NCBI GenBank assembly: GCA_051294375.1
Contig: CM119266.1
Span: 22,077,875-22,141,874 of the forward strand
Length of the DNA: 64,000 nucleotides
Direction of reading: 5' to 3'
DNA from: Paraspadella gotoi
Taxonomy: Eukaryota > Animalia > Chaetognatha
Within the stretch, counting starts at the first letter, position 1, and each line of letters opens with the position of its first letter. The notes under the pieces were generated by a model that was not told the DNA's origin, did no database searches, and worked only from the letters and a program-made list of their open reading frames with translations. The translations under genes and the position numbers were made by a program. Below, in pieces: positions 26,104-35,900 of the stretch.

Positions 26104-29100
26104 TTACAATTCCGAGACTTGTTTGGAGGCGGCATCCCGTCGTGGACCACCGATTCGTCCTGGTGCGCCCCGCATCGGACTCGGCCGACCCGGTTGGCGT
26201 TCCCTAAAATCGGCGATCGGAAATGCGGCGCCGGATTGGCGTGAAGACAGGCTGGAAGATGGACTGGCGAAAGATGGAATGAGGTCGGGCGGATGGCTCG
26301 AGCGGTTCACGGGATCTGTAGCAAGAACGGGATCAGTTTTTGGATTAGCACGTAAAAGTGGGAATGGTTTGCATTTATAACTTAGCGCGAGATTGCGGAG
26401 GCAAGACTTACTGGAATAGGGTTGAGACACCGAGTAGTTGGTCGATTCGTTCGATGTCGGGATTTTTGCCGGATGAACGCCAAGCGACGTCATTCTGTTG
26501 ACGAAAAGTTAGGTTCGTTTTGATTAATAAGTACTGCCACGCGTTATAATTTATATATAAATATATTATATATAACCGGATCTACTTATACCGAGGACCA
26601 CCTACTTCGATAGTTGCCCGTTCCCGGCTTCGAACGAGCGACTTTCCTCGTCCCGAGACTCCACGGCACGGCGAAAGGACGCCGGTACACGGATGGCGCC
26701 CAGAGTAAAATCGCGTTGCAACTGCGGCATTTCATTCATGGCGAGGATGGAACGTTCCTCTCGGCGTCGCCGACGGCGATGGCACGTGACTAAATTATAT
26801 TTTGGGGTATGGGTGGCATTGGCAGTGATAATGAAAAGAAAAATTTGTGTTCTTACCGGCGACGACAATTATGACGACGACGCCGAGGAGTCCGCCCGCA
26901 GCGCCGCCGATGTACCCGAGATTCTCCTCCAACTTTTTAGCGATGACCGAAGGAACTCTGTCGCAGTTGGTTTCGTCCGAGCCGTCGGTGCAGTCCCGTC
27001 TAAAGAGAGGATTGAAGTTAAAACAAATTTAATAACTGAAAAAGCATTAAGTATAAATGTCGAGAAATGTCGAGAAACCAGATGCTTTGCTTTAGATATT
27101 TTATATCAGTAATTTTTTTAACATCAGTTATATCTGAAATACAGAAGGCCTTATAACTAACTTTTTAAAATTTAAAATTTCAAGACGGTACTGGAAGTAA
27201 AATCTAAATGTGAAAATTGTTTCACTTGTTATCGCAGACGAAAGCGAGATCGACGCATTCGTCGTTGGCATAGCATCGGAAGTAACGCGTCTCGCACCAC
27301 GTGCGTCCGTTGCCGCAGTGAGCTTCGTCGCTGCCGTCAACGCAGTCCTTGCGCCCGTCGCACACGGCCTCCGCCCCTAAAGATGTTATAAAACATTGTT
27401 AAAAATTATAAATCCTATTAAAACATGGCGTTTAATTTATTAAAGTCTAAACATTACAAAATTTCTCGCGAAAACAAGAGAAGAAAATATATATTGTCCA
27501 AACAAATCGACTAACGTGTTTATGATTCCGTTGCAACGTAAAGTTAATTAAATTAAGTCCATTACAACTTATTAGTCTTTGAAACTAACCCAAGCAAAGG
27601 GATCCATTGTTGCATCGAAAGGGTTTGTCCTCTGAGCACCCGTCGGAACAGTTCCACTCGTCCGACGCGTCGGAGCAATCGTTGTCGCCGTCGCATCGCT
27701 TAGCTGTAAATATGGAATGATTGAAAGCACAGTCATATTTTTTTTGACCAATGTTGATCGATCGGTTAAATTCAGTATCTTAGCTTTTACTCAGTTTTAG
27801 CAATTCCATTTGCACTCCCTCGTGGGCACTGGCAATCATCATCCTGATTTATAATTGTTAAATATTACTAGCCTTACCCTTTGCTACAAGATTTTGGTTG
27901 GAGCACTTGAAGGCATCTTCCTTTTCGAGTCGCGCGGGCCTTCCCTCTTCACAGGTCTCTCTTCGGAGCGAGATCAAGCTGTCCCCACAGCAACTCCAAG
28001 ATGTGAAGCGAATCTGCGCATTCGGATAATTAAAGATTTAATATTTTTTTACAAAAATTAATGTTTTAGGGTCGAGACTCATACGCATATGCAGAGAGAA
28101 CGTCTTCTATATTAAAATTTCCGAGACGAAAAAATGTACCAAATATTTACATAGATTTAAAAAGATATGATACTAATAACTACTTTACTCATTACTTATT
28201 ATAGACTTGGTATGTCGGAGAAACCCTGGCCATTGGCCAAGCCTGCATAGTGCATAGTGCATACTAGTTCGGAGAGAAGCGAAAGACGAGAGGCGTCGGC
28301 AGAAGGGAAAAGGCTAAAGTCGGGCGATCGAGCGGAAACGGGGCGAGTTTATTACCGATTAAAGCCTCGACGCCGTCAGGAATTAGTCGTTAAATCGCGC
28401 GAGAAAAAAAGGACGACGACGACGAGGACGCCGTCGAAGGAAACTAACGGAAACGGCGCTTCCGGCGCCGCGCCAAATTCTCGCCCCATTTCTTCTCCTT
28501 TTGTTCGAAATTTAAAAAGGGGGAAGAAAAAGAGATAAAAAAAATGGGGGGGGGAGAGAAAGAGCGGGAAAACTGTCGGGGTCTCACACAGACTACGGAA
28601 TTTCCAATTACTGCTTTTAATTTTTTTTCTCGTCTTGTTTTTTTTTTCCTGTCGTTTGGCTTCTTACGCAATTAGAGGAAGACGCGGAGTTTTTAACGGC
28701 GAGAGAAAATATAGGAAGCTTTTCGACGAAACAAAAGCCAAAACAAAATAAAACAAACAATCGAGTTTTTGAGTTTTTGCTTATGACCTGCCGAGGAACG
28801 ACGTAGAGTTCGCCGCTTCGACCGCAAATGCCAGTGACGCAATGTTGAAAGTCTCCTCTGTCGCAGAAAGATCGAGGGGGAGCTGAACGTCCGTGGGGGG
28901 GGGGGGGAAATAAAGGCTTAGAAACTAAACCTAAGTCTGGGAACACGCTAAAGGACGTAAAAACGGATCGTTTAGTTTTTAGTAGCCGATAAGAGTCGTG
29001 ACTGAATAGTTCAGTTGTCTATCTGTGTCTTTTAGTCATTATTAAAATAAAGGCTCTTATCCCAACAGCCGGGTTGCCTGTGATGCCCGTTGGGATGGGG

Positions 29101-30365
29101 CATCTCACTGTTGACTTTGGGAGCTTCCGACCCTCAGTGACGCCTCTAGTCACTGGCGCGGTTACCCTAGGACGGTCTCACTTTGCCAACGCAGAGGGAA
29201 GTCGTTAGGACTGTGGATGGAACACTACACTTGGGATGGTGTGTTCCCCCTCTGAGCCAATGGATTTGGCTGAAGGCTGGTGGACGTGAGGCGGTGTGAA
29301 TATACCGCCACACTCTTTTCATTAATTGGATTAATTATTAAAATAAAGAGATTAATTTTATGTGAATTGACTGGACCTGTCTTTGCAGAAGTCGAGGATG
29401 CGGTGGTGCGGCGAAACTCCAAACGAGTAGACAACGAATCCCTAAAAACAAACATTCCATTGGCTTCTTTTTTTTTTATTTACTATCATTATCGAGTTTT
29501 AACGCAGTTTGCAGCATGAGAGAATGAAAGTAACTCGGACTATATTTATAGAAGTTCTACATATTCCTTAATTTTAAATCTTTTGTTTATAACATTATTT
29601 TTTATTTAATTTTTAAAAAAATTAAATGTGCCATCAAAGAAATTCGAAAATCATTTATATACCTCGTAAAGTCTACGACGCCAGCGCTGGTTCCTAACGT
29701 TGACTCCATTAGCTCGTCTAAAAGTCGAAAAATATGAAACATTTTCACGTGATAATGATATTAATTGAAAAAAAAAGTTAATATATTCAAATTTATATTC
29801 ATAATTTTTTTTTTTCGGCGTCATATTTTTGACGAGAGGATCTTGTTTCCCGCGCACCTAATCTTTATTTTACGAGTCGAGTAAAACCCAAAAGAATTTG
29901 CATTTTTACCAGATTTTTTTGTGGCGGACGTTGTTGTGGTAGTCGTGGTCGTTGTGGTCGTCGTGGTCGTTGTAGCGGTGGTGGGTCGGGCGACGACGGC
30001 GAGAACGTTTCTCTGGTCGATCGACGGCTCAGAGGTCACGTGACAAACATATTCGCCAGCGTCGGAGAAGGTCACGTGACGAATTTGAAAGATCTCCCAA
30101 CTCTGCTCCCCGAAGACGTTGGCGTACGGGTGGAAGCTGAGAAGGAAGAGAGGAAGACAACTGTGAGACAGTACGAGCAATATCTTCATCGTGCTTATGA
30201 CCAATGACCACATAGTTTACATATAACGTTTCCGTTTAACAAATAATTAAGCGTGAGGCAATTGAAGAGCCCGAAGCGTAACTGATTAAAAGTGGAAACG
30301 AGGAAGCGAAAGTGAAACGCGATTCCAAGGATTCAATGAAGACCTGATACAAAATAGCTTTAGTT

Positions 30366-30431
<66 letters not shown>

Positions 30432-33400
30432 CAATTTACGTAACCAAAGGAATCAAGTTATTTTTTTTCCTTTTCAATGCCTCTTGATAAAGAGTTATGC
30501 CAGCCGCCCCTTAATTAATTAATCCAAAGGCGTCCATTTTTTTTCCACGCCATACTCGCCAACAATTTTTATCCCTCCCCTCACTACTAATTTATTCTAC
30601 CTGGGAAACAAATTATCAAATAAATTTTTTTCGTGTAAAAACTTTATTTATTAATGCGGGTGGTTTTGCAACCTATCAACTATCAAGTTTTAATCAGCTT
30701 TTCCCTTAAGAAAAAGTTAAGTTTTTTTACCATTTTGCAAATAATTAGCTCATAAATTTTAGTACTCACGGGCACTCTCATTTTTATTGACAATATCTTA
30801 ATCTATTTTTTATTTTTTTATTTTCTAATTTACAACGTCACAAAAACTGCGTCATTCAAATATTTTTTCCCACGCAAAATATTTTGTTAAAAAAAAAACA
30901 ATTTTCGTTGAAAAAATCCTTTTTCCTCAATTATTTGATGATCTCAAATATTTTTAAAAATAATTTTTAGTTCATTTAGTTTTGTTTTTTACATACAATT
31001 TTAATGGCAGATTTTAATTTCTCGTCAAAAGTAAGTAGGTTAAAAATTAAAAAAAACTATATTTAATATACAAAATTTTAATTTTCAGCTTAAAATATAG
31101 GTTTTTATAATTTTGGTCTAACTGGTTTTACAGGGCGCCACACCCGCAGCGGTGTCACCTCGTGGCGACAGCGAGACAGCTTGTTCATGTAGTCCAGAGC
31201 TTTGGATCTGGCAGTAGGCCCATGCCTACAGGCGGGTTACCCGGTCCATCCCACTTTCTACATGACAACCTCAGGGCTCGAACCAAGGACGCACTTTGGG
31301 ATGGTGCATTAGTCCACTGAGCCATTGAGGCACTGTGAAAGAAACAGCTTTAATCCATCTGTGGTGATAGGACCACCAGAATATTTCTTTTTATCAAATT
31401 TTTATTACGAATCCAAATCTGCATTAACATTAGGGTTAGTACTTTATATAAATATAGCCTAATGCATAAATTGCAAAAATTATAATACATTTTTTTAATA
31501 CATTAATGTTCGTTAGCACAACGTTGTTCATTCCTCACTTTTAGAATTTTAATTTAAGTTAAATTTAAGCTTTTTACTACGCTTTATTCAGTACGTATAT
31601 GAGTTTTATCAAAGGAACTTTCTACTTACATGAATCTTTCGTTGTCAAAGTCTCCGAGTTTTTGTCCTCTGAAGAAAATCCAGTCCTCCCCTGAAGGAGG
31701 AAGAAAGGCCGGAGGAGTTTGTGGGTCGAGGGAAGAGATGGAGTGAGTGAAAAAAAGATGGGGGGGGGGAGAAAAGAGATATTTTTAATAATTCGTCACG
31801 GAAGACGAGAAAAGACGAGTTCAGGTGGTTCGAATCACCTTGGTAAAGACGACGTTCACAACGACGAGGATCGTAAATATACGAAATCGTATGAGAATTT
31901 TTATATTTTTTGCTTCTATTTTTGATTTGAATTAATAGTATGGGTATTTTTTTCGTTTAATTTTTCGAAGTTAAATAAAAGTGGAATACGTAAGAAAAAG
32001 GGGACAGAAGTGAGAGGCCGACGTGACAGCTAGAGATAGAGGTACAAAGAGATATATATTGATAAGACGAGCTCCATGAGTCCATTGTAATATCCTCATA
32101 CAGATGAAATGTGCTTTTTGAGAGAGAGAGAGAAAAAAAAAAGTAGTACGCTATGTGTCAACGTTGCTGCAATCGAACTGGCAAAGGTCGATACATAATT
32201 TTGAAAGTGAGAAATAGCGAGCGAAAGAGCGAAAAAAAAAAAGAGATTCGGCCGCGAGTGGATTCGCGAGCGAAAGGAGAGGAAGTGATAAAAACGGGAC
32301 GGAAATAAACGCGCGTCGGCGAAAGACGTCGTAAATTAGTTTCCTTCACCGGAAGCGAAATTATGGAAGGGAAAAATATGCAGAAGTCGACGTCACGGTC
32401 GTATCCGCTTTCGTGGAGCGACGATAACGAGTTTATAATCTTTATTCCCTTCAAAGAAGCGAAAATAAATGAAAAAAAAAAGTTGAATCATTTCGCCGTG
32501 GATGGGGGGGGGGAGGGGGAGGGTCGTCGTCCTCGTCGTCGTAATCGTTGTGAATTCAACATGTATCATCATCGGTATCAGTAGATGTTGTTTTGTTTTT
32601 TCTTCTCCTCTACGAATTTCGTCTAACGTCTATCGTCTATCGGTATCGATTTTTGTTTGTTTGTGCGTGCGCGAGTTTTATGTGTGACCTTTGTTCTGAT
32701 ATTGAATTTTACGTGTTTCTTAATTTTTTTTTTTGGTTTAAGCAATTTATAAAATTCGATTTCCTTCGTTAGTTTTTTTTTCATTTTACATTATTTCAGG
32801 GTTGTTTTTTTTATCCGATACTTGGCGATCACTATCTTTCGTCTCGCATAGAAGGTCACGCGAAAAGACGACATCAAAGGAGATAACTCAACACTCAACT
32901 TCGCCAAATCAAAGTCTTCCTTTCCTTCGTCGTTGTCGTCGTCGTCGTCGTCGTAACGCTGATCTCCCCGCCTTACCACTCCGTCCACGCCCACCCGATC
33001 CTCACCTTTTTTCCAAATGACGTATTCCTCGCGGAGATTCTCGACTTGACAAGTGAACTCGACCGTCTCGCCCTCCGTCGCCGTCAGGGTCACGGGGTCG
33101 TTGACGAAGCAGGGTCCGCCCTCCCCGGGGCACTGGTCCCCGTCTCCGAGTGGCAGAGCTGCGAGGAATGAGGAAAGAGGGGCACAATAGTTATAAGATA
33201 ATCAATGATAATTGCCTCTTGATATCGTATTTGTAATGGTATGATACGTATATGAATGAAAGACAGTGTAGCGACTTCTCTCGACATAGTCACCGAGGAT
33301 GAGAAGGTGAAATAATTGTTGCAGTTGAAGGGAAAGAAAAGAATTACATGGTTCTCTGTATGAGAGTTAGTAAATGAGAGGACCGCGAGAGAGTCCTGAG

Positions 33401-33708
33401 TTGAAGCGTGGCGGATCTTGTTATTAATGAAAAAATCTGAATGATTGATGCGATAACCAATTATTGATGTAATAGTAATTGATTATTGATGCAATAATAA
33501 TAAATTAATAATGCGATGATAACCAATTAGTGATGCGATGATAACCAATTATTGATGCAATGATAACCAATTATTGATGAGATGATAACCAATTTTTGAT
33601 GCGATGATAACCAATTATTAAAGCGATGATAACCATTAACCAATTATTGATGTGATGATAGTCATTCATTGACGCGATGAGTCATTCATTATTCAAAACA
33701 AATGCGTG

Positions 33709-33775
<67 letters not shown>

Positions 33776-34161
33776 AAGAAGAGAGAGAGAGAGAGGTCCA
33801 GCCGCTGAAGAACTGAACTCGTATTTGATGAATCAGAAGAAGCAACGATGGAGAAAAAGAGAGAGAGAGAGAGAGAGAGAGCGACATATAATTAAAAAAA
33901 AGAGAGATCGACATATAAACATGACAATTTAAAAGACCTCAATGATGATATGCATATCTAAATTTTTAGCTTCCTATGATATCAATCGTAATTTGTAGTA
34001 GTTTTTATATAAAAAAAGCGTGACGATAATGAAATCGACAACAACGACGACGACGACGACACAAAGAAGAAATGCTAAACGATTATCTCCGCCCAAGACG
34101 GGCCCGTCTGGCGAGATAAAAACTCACCGAGGAGGAAGAGAAAGAAAATGGCGTCCGTCAT
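26104..34161 (-). CDS. Type I membrane protein, ~602 aa: signal peptide, Ig domain, Thr-rich stalk, Cys-rich segment, 3x LDL-receptor class A, TM, cytoplasmic tail
   Basis: 13 phase-consistent exons: 34161-34128, 33158-33006, 31690-31630, 30136-29910, 29717-29663, 29441-29377, 28882-28788, 28013-27878, 27703-27590, 27376-27226, 26999-26857, 26789-26606, 26494-26104. Ig: VEFTCQVENL..VIWKK..FQIRHVTFSDAGEYVCHV. LDLa: CDGDNDCSDASDEWNC, CDGRKDCVDGSDEAHC, CDNKRDCTDGSDETNC. TM: YIGGAAGGLLGVVVIIVVAV followed by HRRRRRR. Ends VSEL*. The domains are certain; linkage of the Ig and LDLa halves is inferred. Confidence 0.78.
29061..29312 (-). mobile_element. 252-bp SINE-like twister element; intron of the Ig-LDLa gene, sense to host
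   Basis: Near-identical to 17015-17266. Flanked by CTCTTAT (29054-29060) / CTCTTTT (29313-29319), a 7-bp TSD with 1 mismatch. Confidence 0.88.
29110..29190 (-). ncRNA. Twister ribozyme, type-P5 permutation
   Basis: RNA: GUUGGC AAA GUGA GA CCG UCCUAGGG UAA CCGC GCC AGUGAC-UAGAGGC-GUCACU GAGGG UCGGAAGC UCCC AAA GUCAAC. The four differences from the 17064 copy are three G-C to G-U wobbles and one loop change. Predicted cut between 29164 and 29163. Confidence 0.83.
31131..31380 (-). mobile_element. Diverged SINE-like twister element; intron of the Ig-LDLa gene, sense to host
   Basis: On the minus strand: 5' hairpin GGTGGT-CCT-ATCACC, consensus A box TGGCTCAGTGG (31324-31314), B box GGTTCGAGCCC (31284-31274), CACCATCCCA shared with the 17015 subfamily, twister core, then 3' hairpin TGTCGCC-ACGA-GGTGACA. 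No clear TSD. Confidence 0.8.
31181..31268 (-). ncRNA. Twister ribozyme, type-P5 permutation (P2 possibly damaged by a 1-nt deletion)
   Basis: RNA: UUGUCAUGUAG AAA GUGG GA UGG ACCGGG UAA CCC GCC U GUAGGC-AUGG-GCCUAC UG CCAGA UCCAAAGC UCUGG A CUACAUGAACAA. Long P5 CAUGUAG/CUACAUG, P3 6 bp, P4 CCAGA/UCUGG, pseudoknot UGG/CCA. Predicted cut between 31239 and 31238. Confidence 0.78.
33450..34025. mobile_element. Composite repeat copy B (~22-bp minisatellite, (AG)n, shared core and terminus) in intron 1 of the Ig-LDLa gene
   Basis: Tandem GATGCGATGATAACCAATTATT units at ~33450-33660, then AAACAAATGCGTGTATGAG(AG)n, CAGCCGCTG..CTGAACTC, one palindrome arm, and GTAGTAGTTTTTAT..AGCGTGACG. Confidence 0.7.
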
Positions 34162-34984
34162 GACGACTAAAAGGAATCGAGTTTCGCGAAGAAGGAAGCG
34201 AATTTTGGAGATTTAGTCCACGCCTCTTACTTCGTCAATCGTCATTCGTCTTCTTCGGTGACGTCGTCGTCGTCGTCGTCGTCGTCGCCAACTTGTCAAC
34301 ACAAGATAATTCGAGTTCTTCAATTTTCACTGTAAAGTTTCGCGTCCATCTTTTTTTTTTAATTTTTTTTCCCCGGTTTGTTTTTTCCGTCGCCGCGCAG
34401 AGTCCTGGAGTCGCCACGCCTTTTCAGTCCCGTCAAAATGAAAAAAAAGAGAGAGAGCGAGCGAAATGGCGAAACGCGGCGCAAGCGAGGCGGTCCAGTG
34501 CGCGGGAAGAAGCGAGACGCCGAGATCCGGCGCGAATGGCAGGAAGCGCTGCGTCAGAAGGCAAGGAGATGGAGGGCAGGGTGAGTGGTAATGGAATGAA
34601 ACAGTAATTACATTGAATCTGTTGAAAAGGGCAAGAAACTGAGCCTAAGAAATGGCGAGAATCGGTGAAAGTTTGATTGTTGGTAAGAGGGAGAGTCGGA
34701 GAAACGTCAAGGATAAATGACAAAGAAGAAAGAAGTTTTAGTAAATTTGTATATTTGTACTTAGATTGTACATTGAATTTGAATTAAAAAAAGGGTTAAA
34801 ACGGCAAGTACCAGTTGGCCGGAAGGGGAAAAAAAGTTCTATAATTATAAGGAAGGGTACCGTTGCCTAGCGATATAATACGTATGCGCGTCTGAAGCAA
34901 GAAAATTAATTAAAGGTACGTGATTAACAAGGTGCAGCTGAGATATAATTATTTAATCAGAAAGAGTAAGTAACAAGATTGAGC

Positions 34985-35280
34985 AGGCGAGAAGGTTTTA
35001 GAAATGGCGAGATAAGGATCAAGATGAGGAGTGACAGAATTGACGAGATGAGAAGCAATGGAAGTGGCGAGATGAGGATTAAGATGAGGAGCGAGAGAAT
35101 GGGAGAGATGAGGAGCGACAGAAGTGGCGAAATGAGGATCAAGATGAGGAGCGACAGTAGTGGCGAGATGAGGAACGACAGAAGGGGCGATATTAGGAGC
35201 AATAGAAGTGGCGATATGAGGATCAAGATGAGGAGCGACAGAAGTGGCGAGATGAGGAGCGACAGAAGGGGCGCCAGAGA
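34985..35280. repeat. Minisatellite of 12-bp subunits (24/36-bp periods, e.g. GAGATGAGGAGCGACAGAAGTGGC)
   Basis: Visible tandem periodicity; it generates repetitive ORFs on both strands. Confidence 0.85.
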
Positions 35281-35724
35281 CGCGTAGGAAGCTGCGAAAC
35301 ACTAAGACGCCGACGCGAATAGAGATGGCGCGGCGTCGGGAGAACCTTGGATCAATGATACGAATGGGGTTAGAAAAAAGGGATCAATGGGATCAAAGTC
35401 AAAGCATCCAATGATTCAAAAGAATAACCTCGGTAATTTTTCATTGAATTTATTGGTTTCATGATCAAAGATCAAAGATTTATTTTTAATTACGTTTCAA
35501 AATCTCCCTTAAAAACCCGAAAAACTCTTCAGTAATTATTTCCGTAATTTAAAAATTCTGTGAATTAAAAACATAATAATCATTATTTTTAACGTGTTGA
35601 AAAAAAAGGCTCATTGCATTTTTTTTAAGTCCAGCGTAAATCTTCAAAATCTCGGAACTCTTTAAGTAATTTTTTGCGCCTTCCAAACGTCATTCTTGCC
35701 TTTTTTTCCCTTTTTAAATATGTA

Positions 35725-35900
35725 GTCGGGCATTGCCTAGGTTCACCCCGCCTATAAGCATGACACCTTCAGTCCTGACCCGGTGGCTCATTGAGTAAAG
35801 CCATCAGCTCATGACCACTAGGTACCCTTGGGGGCGTGGCAACCCCTCAAGCCTGGTTCCAAGCCCAGGACCCGTTCCATAGCTACTAAAGGGGGTTATA
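35725..35900 (+). mobile_element. Probable internally deleted remnant of the twister-SINE family
   Basis: A-box-like GTGGCTCATTGAGTAAAGC, followed by a P3-like hairpin TTGGGGG..CCCTCAA and a twister P4/L4 CCTGG-TTCCAAGC-CCAGG (35852-35869). B box, P2 and the UAA/GCC motifs were not found. Confidence 0.45.

Noticed and set aside
27791-27844. Possible extra micro-exon in the LDLa gene
   Set aside because: It would need a ~33-nt intron and introduces a stop; skipping it yields a proper LDLa repeat.
33450-33660. Regular ~22-bp repeats superficially like a CRISPR array
   Set aside because: Head-to-tail units with no unique spacers, eukaryotic context, no cas genes.
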